DNA of 64,000 nucleotides from Azolla caroliniana (lineage: Eukaryota; Plantae; Polypodiophyta), in contig JBHGNT010000010.1 in assembly GCA_043228905.1 (NCBI GenBank), positions 4,154,001 to 4,218,000 on the forward strand, written 5' to 3'. The position numbers were made by a program, and so were the translations under genes. The number at the start of each line of letters is the position of its first letter. The first letter of the stretch is position 1. Below the pieces are notes generated by a model. The model was not told the origin of the DNA and did not search any database. It worked only from the letters and a program-made list of their open reading frames with translations. This document shows, in pieces, positions 1-12,900 of this stretch.

Positions 1-524
1 CATAAAGTTGAACCCATTAAATATATATATACACAACTAATGTGGGAAAGCATAGACCCAATTAAATATTTGGACCTCTTCCTCCATGTAGGAGGGAACA
101 ACCCAACAAAGACTTTTTAACGAAGGTTAATAACATGAGGATGTCTATTATGATTGACCTAGAAACGTGCTCTTTCTTAAGTAGTCTTAATGTTATCTCA
201 TACACTATCTAGCATTTCTTAAGTAGTCTTAATTCATCTTTATGAAAAATAATATTCGTAAAGGCTCGTGGCAAAAAACCATACATCAGCATGCAAGGAC
301 TATATCTTGTCGAAGTATATTTAAATTTGTTATAAGTAATCTCTAATAAAATGAGATATTATTTTTGTTTTATAGGTTTCTTCGCCAAATAGATTTGAAA
401 TATATCCTCAATAATTTGATTGACTCATTCAATTTGACCATTAGACTAAGGATGATACAAGGAACTCATGCTAAAAATAGTTTCTAACTTTTTAAAGACT
501 CGAACCCAAAAATTGCTTGTAAAC
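1..524 (-). mobile_element. Decayed Ty3/gypsy LTR retrotransposon, integrase C-terminal part (interrupted by a LINE)
   Basis: Minus-strand translation gives FTSNFWVRVFKKLETIFSMSSLYHP*SNGQIE*VNQIIED and TRYSPCMLMYGFLPR. These match the gypsy integrase consensus FTSxFW...SSAYHPQTDGQTERVNQILED...TGFSPFxLMYG. Many stops. Confidence 0.8.
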
Positions 525-593
525 ATGGTAGAACCCTTACCCATAAATGCAATGTCCAAGGATACCCGAAACGAATATATGCAATATAATAAA

Positions 594-738
594 GGGAAAA
601 GTACCAGGATACCCCTGGAAGTTCGTCTATTTACCATAAAGTAATTTTTTGGACATAGGGGTAGTTTGGTAAATTTGGAACTTCCAGGGGCATTATGGTA
701 AATAGACGAACTTCCAGGGGTATCCTGGTACTTTTCCC
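594..738. mobile_element. Mutator-like MITE (145 bp) inserted in the LINE
   Basis: ~46-bp terminal inverted repeats (GGGAAAAGTACCAGGATACCCCTGGAAGTTCGTCTATTTACCATAA). Perfect 9-bp TSD TATAATAAA at 585-593 and 739-747. Confidence 0.85.
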
Positions 739-1010
739 TATAATAAATAGGATACCAAGGAAAGTTACGACTCAGATGATGGACCGACTAAATACCCCTA
801 TAGGTATGCATGAATTGTGGGACGCTATTGGGGATATGAACAAACAAAGATGTGCAGGAATTGATGGACTTCCTATATACTTTTACATCAAATGTTGGGA
901 TCTAATTAAGGATGACATGCTGGCAGAGATGCAATGCATTATGGTAGAAGGATTAATACCCACAACAATGTGTAGAGGCATAAGATAATGGCCAAAGTCG
1001 CAAGTAAGAG

Positions 1011-1424
1011 ATTGAAAATGGTAGTTAGGGACATTATACATACAACGCAAACTGGCTTCCTGGAAAACCGGAGCATTGTTGATAATGTGATAACATTCTG
1101 GGAATACTCAGCATGGGTAGAGGAGCAAGAAGTGGACCTAGCAGTAATGCTACTCGACTTCGAAAAAGTATATGACAAGATTTCATGGGACTTCCTAGAA
1201 GCAGTGATGGCAACCCTATTGAAAATGGTACTTGGGGACATTATACATACAACGCAAATTGGCTTCTTGGAAAACCGGAGCATTGTTGACAATGTGATAA
1301 CATTTTGGGAATACTCAGCATGGGTGGAGGAGCAAGAAGTGGACCTAACAGTAATGCTACTCGACTTCAAAAAAGCATATGACAAGATTTCATGGGATTT
1401 CCTAGAAGTAATGATGGTAGCCCT
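1011..1424 (+). repeat. 207-bp in-frame tandem duplication inside the LINE RT
   Basis: LKMVxxDIIHTTQxGFLENRSIVDNVITFWEYSAWVEEQEVDL...WDFLE occurs twice; copies start at 1011 and 1218. Confidence 0.9.
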
Positions 1425-4081
1425 AGGCTTTGAACAACAATGGATCCTTGGAATGGGTGCCTTTTATAGAGGTGCATCCAGCCAGGTGATAATGGCTGGA
1501 AGTATGGGGAAGAGCTTTACGATGCTACGTTCGGTACGCCAAGGATGCCCATTGGCCCCGTACTTATACATCATTGCAACATAAGCTTTGCATTATCAAA
1601 TTGTTGATAGATCTTGGCAAATACAAGGCCTTACCTTGCCCGATGATGAAGGTATGGTGCTTGATACGACATATGTTGATGACACAATGACCTATGTCAA
1701 AGGTGATGCACACAACTTGGGCAGATTGCAAAATGCAATTGATGAGTTTTGTAGGGGATCAGATGCTAAAATAAATTAGAATAAATCAGTGGGCATTTGG
1801 ATCAATAATAAGCCCATGTTAAATTGGGTCCCAGGCCCCAATTTTAGATGGTTGAGGAAAGGAGAAGCTACTAGATACTTGAGCTTCAAAATTGGTATGG
1901 ACATTGATCGAGCATAACACTACAATCTACTAGTGGACAAAATAAAAACGAAGCTAATATGGTGGAATGCAAGAAAACTATCCTTTGCGGGCAAGATTGT
2001 GATTCCAAATCAGATTCTAATGGCCATTATATGACATACTGTTGCATGCTGGATAATCGTGCCCAAGTCGATGAAATTGATAAAAAGGATTATCAGAAAT
2101 TTCTTATGGGGGGGCACAGAGGAAAATCAGGCTTGTGCAAAGGTTGCTTGGACCATGCTTATAAAAAGGAAAAGTGTAGGGGGGGTGGGATTGATAGATC
2201 CCATGGTGCAAACGAAGGCCTTGCTAGGCAAACTAGTGGTCAGGAGCCTACAACCTCCTGAGGCACCTTGGAAAGTTCTATGGCGACATAGATAGAAGAT
2301 GTGGTTGTAGAGACAAGATGGACGTTGGCCAAGCATCCCATTTTGGGGCTTTGTGCCAGAATGAGACCCAAATATTGGGGAAGTATGCAGAGTCTTTGTG
2401 CTATTGGAATTATGAAAGCATGGCAAGAAATTAGAAAGGGGATCACATGTAGGTGGAGAAATGATGCATATGCACGGATGTACATGCCAATTGTGTGGAA
2501 CCCATTTATTAGAGATGTGGATGGGCTGATGATAGGACAAAAAGCCGGTTTCAAATGGGCTGAGTTAATCAATGCCCAAGGGAATGCATGTGGAGTGGGA
2601 GAGGTTTTTGTCCAATGAGGTGGGCACTCAAAAGGCTAGAATATGGAGAATAAGCAGAGGTAAAGGCATGCTCATGAGAATTACATATGCCATTCCATGC
2701 TACAAGAATACCTTGGAAGAGGAAGAAGTAACAACCTCTGAAATTGCGTGGATAGGACTTATAGATGCTAAAAACTGTTTAATTGGCATTAAGGGAATGA
2801 AAGTAGAATCAAATGAGGTATGCTACTACAAACTAGAGCACGGAATGGTAAGAGTTGACCAACCAGTCTTTCTAAGAGAAAGGTCGATTAGGCTGATCGC
2901 AAAAAATGGCAAGAATATGATTATTGACCCTAAGCCAAGGGAGATCACACTGGCGACAGTGTGTTGGCCTATAGAAGGGCATTTGGATCAGCTATCATGG
3001 GACCCAACGATGTATTTTTGGAGAACTCAAGGACAAATTGATGGGGAAAAGTTGGTTCAATTTTTCAAGTATAACACGAAGATTGGGAGGCAAATTATTC
3101 TAGAACAAGAACACGACAAGATTGCGGCAAAGAAATTTTGGATACAGGAGGGCATTAGTGAAATGAGACTAGATCAATTCTGGAAAATGATATGGCATGA
3201 CAGATATGACCGCAAGATAATGATGTGGTTATGGCTTATTGCACATAGAGCCTTGTCAGTAGGGACGTGGGGTAAAGGCCCCAATGTAGACCCTAGATGT
3301 ATTGCATGTAGACAGATAGAAAGCATTTCCCATTGTCTATGGGAATGTCGCGAGGCAGTGGCTGTATGGGGAAGGGCACTATGTTTGCTTTGCCATGCTT
3401 CTAGTTCATTCACCCTCAACTAGGGACATGCTTGTTGGATTTGTCTTGAGGATGATGTGGCGAAATACGATAGCACATGCGATGCTTAGTACAGAGGGGA
3501 GAATGGCATGTAATTCGGCTGATCAATGACAACAAGGTACCTACAACTTGTGCACAGAATCAAAAACTTGGAGATCTTTGGACGTTGCTTGCCCCCATTA
3601 CTATATGGTGTATATGGACAACCAGGTGTACCAGGGTATTTTCAGCACACAAACGCCCTCCAACTGAATCGATTAAACTTATCTGGCACACATTAATAAC
3701 TACACTAAGAGCTCAATATGAGCGGATTGATGGTACCAATGATGTTGTGGAACTAATGAGGCTGAATTTTCGAAAACGATGGTGTACTACACCAATGGCC
3801 GCGGCAAATGGAATGGATATACTATGGAAGTATGAAGTACCCAAATGCTTGTTCCCCCCCTCCCATTAGTTGAACGAGGGGGGTGAAAGACATGGCATGT
3901 GGGATAGTGAATGTAGGTGAAGTGTATGAAAGGATGGCTGGAGACATGTGTGAAAGTGTAAGTTAAATAAGCGAGATCTCTTATGTAGGATAGGATAGTC
4001 TTGGCACGGCCTACCGAGAAAGGGATCGGGTTTGTGTATATTTTAACTAATGCACTATATTCTTTTTTGGAAAAAAAATAA

Positions 4082-6000
4082 AAAAATTGCTTGTAAACTT
4101 CGAATCTCTATCGCAAACTACATCCATTGATGGGATGTAAAACTACATTAAATCATCAACGAATTATCCTGCAAATTCACGAGTTATTTCTTTTGCTTTA
4201 GTTGGTATAAATTTGATTGATTTTTTTAATTGATTGACAACAACCCACATAGAGTCATGAAGTCTTTGTGTTTGAGGTAGACGAGCAATTAAATTCAGGG
4301 ATATTCATTCTCCTTTGTTATTAGGAATATCGAATAGATGCAAAAAACTCTAATGTTATTACATAACTTTGCAGGTCATGGCATAATTTAGGCTAGAAAT
4401 ATTTAAAGGTGTTCAAAGTTGATTACATAATTTAGACAGTTCAAGGCATTCAAAGGTGCCCAATCGAGGATGTATCATAACACTCCAAACGAATTTCCTT
4501 TTTTATTTGAGAGTGACCTTGAATACAAACCTCCCCATTACTGTAGAGGAGATCGTTAAAAATGGAAAAGGTAAACTCCGAGGACATATTTACCCCATCC
4601 AATATCTTTTAAAAAACAATTGAGCAAGACATTACCCTTGAAATTCATATAAAATATCATTTTCTAATTCATTGAAGTTAAGCATGTTAATTTCATGAAT
4701 ACGACTAAGAACATCAACAATTATATTCATTGAACTTTTGCAATAACAAATGGAAAAATTGAAGTCTTGAATAAGTTTTGCCCATATACCCTTATGGCCA
4801 ACAAGATCATGTTAATCGCAATTTTTTTAAACACTGATGTTCTATTGTGACCACAATGATTTCCATATAAATAATATCTCCAAGTTTTAAGTGCATGCAA
4901 AAAGTTATTTTTCTTGAATGAATGCCAACATTGAGTGTAATCAATTAGCTTTAGAATTGATCCTTAAGGTTATGGCTATACATACGTCCCACCAACCAAC
5001 AATTCTCTTGGAGCTATTGGAGAAATGGAAGTCCCTTCACCCAAGCCACACAATGAAAAAGAACTACCAAAACAAGAGAAAATGGAAACACAAGCAAAAT
5101 AAGAGGAAGATGATCCTTTCTCAAGATAAAAAGGTGTAAATGTAGTCAGGGTATTGGGGTGAACCATGTTATACATCCCTCAATGAAGAATAATCGGGTA
5201 GACCTTTAAGTTAACTATAAGATAATGATACCAAGAATCAATCCAAAGAAATAAATGCATTGTACAACCAATCAGGGATTTGCAAATTTGGTATTCAAAT
5301 AGGCTGAGTGACATCTAGCCCACCATAACCTCTATCGTGCTATGGAACATTTGGATATTTAGATGCAAAGTAGGTATTGCAGGAGAGGAAAGTCAACCAA
5401 AGGAGTCAATCACTACTCTATGCCATATGGTATTATCTGATTACGAATATATGAGCTCAATATGAAGAGCTAGAAGGAACTTCACACACAGTGGAAGCTG
5501 CAAGACTTTCCTTTCAACAATCAGGGTCAGATTCGCCCTTGGTGGATTATGTAGATGGCGTGCCAAAAGTGGTGTTACACCACTCCAAAATGGTTCTGTT
5601 CACCTTGGTAGCCCAACTAGGAAGGTACATGGTATTTTTCTGAAATTTTACATACTACGGGATGATAAACACATACTAGGGTAATGTGGTTGAATGTCTA
5701 TGAGTACATTTTTGTTGTACATATATGGAGTGTAAAGACACTCTACCTAACTAATGGGAAGTATCTTTTTACATACATAAAAAAAGAATCAATCCATCAC
5801 ATAAGTTACAAGAAAATATAACCTAAGGCCTATTATAGTTACATTATACATAATGACTTAGGTATCAAGATCTCTTCGACAAACTTTAAAAAACTTACGT
5901 ATGTGCATCGTGTCGCATCAACTTGGTATTTTTTCCATCATGGTAAACATACAATTCTTAGATGGAGATCAAATGTGAGGTTAGACGATCCACACCACCT
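4082..6000 (-). mobile_element. Decayed Ty3/gypsy pol remnant (integrase core, Zn-binding and RNase H side); left part continues at 1-524; right boundary uncertain
   Basis: Minus strand reads YIPSMDVVCDRDSKFTSNF across the LINE TSD (IVSDRD integrase motif). Also LPQTQRLHDSMWVVVNQL and ECYDTSSIGHL (HHCC region). Heavily degraded beyond ~4900. Confidence 0.65.
5246..5783 (+). mobile_element. Short 5'-truncated LINE 3' end
   Basis: Encodes VLWNIWIFRC and a RAQYEELEG-like segment homologous to the C-terminus of the 525-4081 LINE. A-tail near 5779-5785. 13-bp TSD AAGAATCAATCCA at 5233-5245 and 5784-5796. Confidence 0.75.
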
Positions 6001-6424
6001 AGTGAGGTATGCCAACGCGCAACATGCCGCCAACTCATAAGTTGTAGCCTAATTTGTGATTCATTCTGAATACACATTACAAGACCTCCTTACCCCGAAT
6101 GGGGCATTTGGATTTAGTTCATGGTTTAGGGACACGATGAAAGCAAACACGACAATTGTGTCAAGTTGGGCAGGGATGTTCTAGTAGTCATGACATGTTT
6201 GTGCTCAATTAGTTTAAGTTCTATTTTTTTTTTTTTACTTAATTTTATTTTTAGTTATGATGACTGGATAAATACTCTATTGTTGTAAACCAATTGTCTC
6301 ATGGGCCAAATTTGGCCTTAGAAGACGTTAATACACCTTTCTTTCTTTCTTTCTTTCTTTCAGCCGACCACTAGAAATCGTAGCCTATGTAAACATGAGT
6401 TATATATAGGGCATGCTTGCTTGT

Positions 6425-6570
6425 ATGGACAACTCATGGGCCCCCAAGACAGGACAATGAGTCGTTGGCCCCCTGGACAACTCGTGAGCTCCGTGGACAA
6501 AACTACTCACGGGCAGCCTGGACAACTACTCATGGGCCCCCTGGGACAGCCGTTCATGAGCTGCCCCTCG
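6425..6570. repeat. Short degenerate GC-rich repeat (GGACAACTC(A/G)TG(G/A)GC...) upstream of the DUF760 gene
   Basis: About six imperfect ~20-25-bp units, each beginning GGACA. Confidence 0.55.
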
Positions 6571-6963
6571 CATGAGGAGCATATGGTTTTAGCTCATCGT
6601 TAACCATTCAAACGAATAAGTGCTTCACAAAGAAAAAAAGAAAGAAAGGCCTAATTGATTCTAAGACTTTCCAGATGTTTCCAAAGGCTCCGCTCCGAGC
6701 CGCAGGCTCATGTTGGTTCGGTGGAGGCTCGGAAAAGGGGGACCTTTAGGTTCGACACCATAGCTAGAGGCTCGGGATTCATCCCCGTTCCCCCCTCTGA
6801 TTCTCAATCAGGAAATCTTCCTTTCTCCTCCATCCATCCATTCTTTCATCGTTGCCTTCTTCTTCTTCTTCTTCTTCTTCGATTAATCTTGTTCGATTCT
6901 GCAGCTTCTTCGGTTAATCCTCCTTCCTCTCCACCTTCCCGGAAGCTCTGATTCAGCCGTTCC

Positions 6964-9900
6964 ATGTCGGGGGCCTCTTGGAAGTTTCCGACAATCTTTT
7001 CCTCTTCCTCTTCTTCTTCGCCTTCTCCAATTGCTTCGCCATCGCCATCTTCTTCAGGTTTCTGTTTCTTCCGCAGATCAGTGGTTCAATCTTCGTGTTT
7101 ACCTTGCCATGGTCAATATTACCGACATGACGTCTCAGCTAGCTCTCAGATTAGCAATACCAGAAGGTCTTGTGAATATGCTGCTTCCAGGACATTATTA
7201 GGTCAATTACATCAAGATGGAAACACAGAGGCTCTCCGTCATCATCATCATCATCATCATCAGCCTGTTGTAATTTATGATAGCTTTCCTGTGTTGAAAG
7301 TTAATGGACGGTTGAGAGATGGTGGAGCTAGTGCAGACTATAATAACTACAGAAAAGATCACAGTAATCACCATGGCCGCATTTCACGGAAGAATTCCTT
7401 GCAAAAGGTAAAGAATTAAATAGTTTACATCCGTTATTTTCTTCGTTAATTTGTTCACAGGAAAATCTCGTAGTTCTCTTTTCTTCTGTGCCTTTTGAGT
7501 ATATCGCAGTTTTAATTCAAAGAATGTCTATAAGAAGGCGTTGTAAACTATACGAGATTAGAGATGCCATCATTTTGGAATTTTCATTTTTTAGCATGAA
7601 AAAAAATCGTGTTTGTCGTTTTTTATTATCATTTTCCTCTTCAGTAGATCATACATGATTAGTTTTGTTTCGAATTCATGAGTAAAACAGATAACGTACT
7701 AATATTCATCTACTTTTTTCATTGTTTCACAAGAAAAACACGGATTTTTGCTTAATATGGATCCACTTTCTGTCATTCAGATTCATGACTGGACAGGATA
7801 ATGTGCTGATGCCAATTGCTTTTTCTCATAGCTTATGTATGAAAGTTATCTTCTAGCTTTACTCGTTTTACAAGAAGATTTTAGGCGTCTTCTTTTCTTG
7901 GATCATATATTATTAAGTTTAAGATTCAATTCATAACTAGACCAAACAATGTCCCTGTGTCAATCACTTACTCTCATAGCTTATTCATAATAATTATCCT
8001 CTTTCTTCATTTGTTTCGCAATCAAAACTCCAGTATTTTTCTTGTCTTGGGTTTGCTTCCTGTGCATGTTATACCACTTCAAGATTCGTTTCATTGCTAG
8101 ACCAGATTCATGGTTGGGTCAGACAATATGCAGTTGACAACGCAGAGTTTTTTCATAGTTTATCTGCTTTTTGCTCTATATTTTTTGCAGGAACCTTCAT
8201 TGCTTCTTAGTCTTATTCAGGAGATTCAGCCTCTAGACGTTTGCCAGATTAGTGTAGATGCCTCTCGTGATAGCACAGATGCAATGAAGAGGACAATCTC
8301 TGGTATGCTAGGTCTCCTTCCATCTGACCAATTCCATGTAACTGTTGAGAGCTCCCGTGATCCACTTGCAAAATTGCTTGTCTCATCCATTATGACTGGG
8401 TAAGTGTGATTTATTTCTTGTTATAACCGTAGCTTTGCATATGTAATGCTTTCATTTCTTTCTTTTTTCCATTTTATCGTTTACGATTTATCAATTCCAC
8501 ATTTATAATGTGTCTTTGTGTTAATTCTTTGTTTGTTATGCAATCATATGCTAAGGAATGCTGGAAGCATTTTAACTGCTTGATTATATTGACATTTATA
8601 ATGGTTCCTTTAAATTTTATCTCCTTGCCGCCTCTACAGCTATACATTAACAAATATCAGAACTAATAAATCTTCGTGTGCGTGAGTATATTGACATTTG
8701 TTATGATTCATTTTTTCTGCGTGTTGTTCTTTGTTTTATTTTCGTTCTTTTTTCCATTTTATTGTTTATGATTTATCAATTCCGCATTTATAATGTGTCT
8801 TTGTGTTAATTCTTTGTTTGTTATGCAATCATATGCTAAGGAATGCTGGAAGCATTTTAACTGCTTGATTATATTGACATTTATAATGGTTCCTTTAAAT
8901 TTTATCTCCTTGCCACCTCTACAGTTATACATTAACAAATATCAGAACTAATAAATCTTCGTGTGCGTGAGTATATTGACATTTGTTATGATTCCTTTTT
9001 TCTGCTTGTTGTTCTTTGTTTTATTTGTTTAGAAATGAGAACTCAATACACCCCGCTGTGCTTTGCTTATATTGAAGTTTGTAATGTTTCCTTTTTTATT
9101 GCTTTCTTAGTTTGTTGCTTATGCAGTTATGCACTAAGAATACCAAAAATCATTGATCTTTGTTTTTTTTCTATGTTGTTTATGCAGTTATCCATTTTGT
9201 AATGCTGGAAATAATAAAAGATCATTGGCTGTGTGATTATTGTACTGACGTTTGTAGTGTTTGTTTTTCTTTTTTCTTTTCATGTTTTTTATGCAGTTAT
9301 ACATTATTGTACTGACGTTTGTAGTGATTATTGTACTGACGTTTGTAGTGTTTGCTTTTCTTTTTTCTTTTCATGTTTTTTATGCAGTTATACATTAAGA
9401 AATGCAGAGTATAGATTATGCCTCCAAAAGAGTTTAGGGTCCTGTGATGATGATGAATCTGGTTGCTGGAAAAACGAGTTGTCCACAAATAATAATAAAA
9501 TACAGCTCAACTATGGAGATGGAATTCGTGAAAATCAATCACAGGAAGAAGAAAGTAATTATATCAATTCAAATTCTTTGGAGTGTTTTCATGAGGGACA
9601 ACAGCTGATTGATGATGATGCTAAGACAATTGAAGCACTTGGTTTTATGAATGAAGAAACTAGAAAGTACATCCAAAATCTCAAGGGAAAGTTAAATGCT
9701 GTTACAAAGGTATGTGTCTGGTTTATAATAAAACATAATGAAGCTTTGCATGATATGTGGCAAAATGTTTTCTTAATTACAAAATGGGAAGAAAGCTAAT
9801 ATTTGTTGAAAAGGTACCCACATAATTTAGAAGCATGGTTGAGCTCATAGTACGTAATATACTTGAATGCATTGTCAAACATTCTCATTCATACGAATGC

Positions 9901-12900
9901 AAACGAATGCGTATGTTATCAAAACTGTTCTTGCTTTCTTTTTTTACACTTTTTACCTTAAATTTCTTACCTTATAATAAATAATGGATACAAAAGCTTG
10001 GTATTTAGCCTTACTTCGAGGTTGTTTACCATACTTGAATGATTGAAACATTCTTGAATGCGAATGCACGTATGGTACGTATGGTTCATACTATGGTTGA
10101 GCTCATTCATTTGATCACAAATTTCATCATTGCTCCATTTCTGTCAGCTCACGTTTTTTCCAATGTGACAAAGCATTCATTCGCACACAAGGAATCTCAT
10201 AGACTGTGAGTTTGCTAGACTGAGTATGTAAATCTACTTGAATGCTCGGTCTTTGATTACATTAGATATTTTTCTTTCTCCACATCAGCCTGCAGTTCTC
10301 ACTGTAGCATCGGAAGTCATAAAATTAAGAGAAAGCAAGTTCGATCCTTACCATGGGATAGACCTTGTCTCATAGATCACAGTCGGTCTTCTGTGGATGT
10401 TAAAAATCTATCTACTGATCTATCTATCTATATTGCTCCCGGTTACAATTTGGACTCTTAATCGTGATGTTGATTAGTAAAATTCTGTGGATGTTAAAAA
10501 TCTATCTATCTATCTATATTGCTCCGAGTTACAATTTGGACTCTCAATCATGATGTTGATAAGTAAAATTCTTTAGCATTGAGAGACGTTTCTTAGGTCT
10601 AGACACTGCTTGTAAGTTTCACATTGATTCCATAGTTCATATTGACCTAGGCATGGTTATGAGGAAGCACAATATTGGGATGTATACCACCTCTTCATAA
10701 GTAAAGACTTGGCTACTACTTAGCGACATATGAACGAACCCTGAACATTTACCATGATCAAGGATTCACAACTATGGCTTTCTTATGCAGAAAGCTTGTA
10801 TCATGTCCTTCACTATCTCCCCCTTACCACGACCATCAAGATCTTGCACTATTACCTCCACTTATCCCCTCATACAAGGCTGAGAAAGACATCTGGCACC
10901 TTGAACATGGATAATCGTCTGACCACACAGGATGACAAGGCAATCAGAAGGGGGATAACTCAGTGGACCCCCTCCGACTAGGGAATAATTGGACTATCAT
11001 GATTCTCCACACACTTGTGAAACATTGTGGAGCAGGACTTATCCCAAGGTCGAAGAGATATGAGCCCCAGGCCACGCAGGATTTAGGGGAGTCGTATCTT
11101 CCACTGACGAGATCCTTAACATTACGTTGCTTGATGGACCAAGCAAAGAGCCATATGGGCTCCAGGCCTTATTTTGCCTGGCTTTATTCCAAATAGTGAA
11201 TCTTGTCTACCGAATTCGAAACATTCCACCTTGAAGAATAAGATGTAAGATGTTTGAACTGATGATAACAAAATATGCAGAAGGATTATGGTACTCACAG
11301 ATGATGAAGTGGTTCAACAACAATGGCCTCGACATTGAGACTTTAACACCCGTTCAATGTTATACACATCTCCAAAGTGATGAAGAGAATGAGGTGTCAC
11401 AACAAGATCTATTGCAGCTCTATATTCAAAAGACATGAACCACACGAAAAGGGCCTCTTCCTGCAAAGACAGCCTTCAACAAAGATCTTTTCATAAACTT
11501 CTTAGAGGATTGATTCATACAAAGTCCGAGGTACACAAATGTTGACACGACCTCACAGATCAATAGGCCAAATCAGACTTCCCTCGAACTAGGGACTAGA
11601 TCAAGATGAGCACTACGCATTGCCTCGAACAAATTATCAAAAGCAGGGAGCTTTTTGTGTGTAGGTCTGCAGCTTATAAGCACATCACACAGTAGTATCC
11701 CATCCTCTACATGGACTCTGCCATTCAAAAAATAATAAAAGCTGACCCACAACACTCTGCACTAAACATTCTCGAGCTCCACAACATAGGGAGTCAACCC
11801 TTACATTATCATGCGAGATGCGATGGCAATTGCACGTCATTGATTTGTTCCATTGCCCCACACCTCCACTGACAATATGCCTCAAAGTCACCACGTGACT
11901 AGAGGAATGCTGGCAACAGTGAAGACAAGTACGAGGAAATAAGGTACATGGGCATACCATCACATGGAGATGTCTAGGCTACACATATTAGTTATGCACT
12001 GGATGCTTGTAAACCATTTCCCAACTCAGGTTCACCACATGCATTAAGATCATGACCATGAAGCTTTAGCATGGATAACTTGAATTCGCCCATATTTATA
12101 ATTGTGATTCGTCTAGTTGGTCGATTTTGGTCTGTATTAGATAGTAATATATCTTTCTCTCTCTCTCTCTATCTCTCTCCCATATTTGCAATGACAAATT
12201 CTTCCTTGGAGAAGAAAAAGGGGCATACATACGATCCCACATGTATCTCCGAGTAACGCGCAAAGGACCTCGGTTCTCCTTGCAAGAGGCTGGTTGTGCT
12301 CAACTTTCTCATGGATATGAAGACCTTGGTCCACTTTAATGACAATGTGCACACTACAGTTCCAAGAGCCACAAGTCTCTTCTCTATGGAGTACAAACTT
12401 TGGAATTGGGTCTTAATAGCACAAATAACTTGAAAGATTCAGAAAGCATTAGTGCCCCATGATACAATCTGGGAGGAGATAGAGCAGCCCCAATAATCAT
12501 TGAAGCATTATTCCAATCAATGATCGGTATACAATGGCTTTGGGAGTTCCCTACATGAAGGTACTCAAGGTTGGCTATTAATTCATCAAAACAACTAGTT
12601 GAACACGGAGATAATCACTGTTGGTAGGCAGGAAGACAACAATGGTTCGAGTCCCATAGCATAACCATAAATGCGCTATCCTCATTCCAATATATAGCTT
12701 GGATTGTCCCCGTCTAAACATAACCAAAGTGGAAAATATTAGAGTGATCCGAACTGATATTATCAACATGGATCAGCCTCATAACATCTGTTCGTACAAA
12801 GATGGCCCACTGTGAGGCACATGTTTTTCACACGTCCAAGGATGGAATCATCGTCAGGTTCACATATATGGTCATACATCTATCCTATGTGTTGCAGTGT

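Larger units (their letters stand above)
525..4081 (+). mobile_element. 5'-truncated, degenerate L1-clade LINE (RT plus C-terminal CCHC zinc finger)
   Basis: RT motifs QxGF, LLDFxKAYD, SVRQGCPLAPYLY and YVDD; GGVGL; zinc finger CIAC...HCLWEC. A-rich tail at 4071-4081. 17-bp TSD AAAAATTGCTTGTAAAC at 508-524 and 4082-4098. Multiple stops and frameshifts. Confidence 0.92.

Noticed and set aside
446-988. Two ORFs starting with the identical peptide MVNRRTSRGILVLFP on opposite strands
   Set aside because: Artefact of the MITE terminal inverted repeats read into flanking gypsy and LINE sequence.
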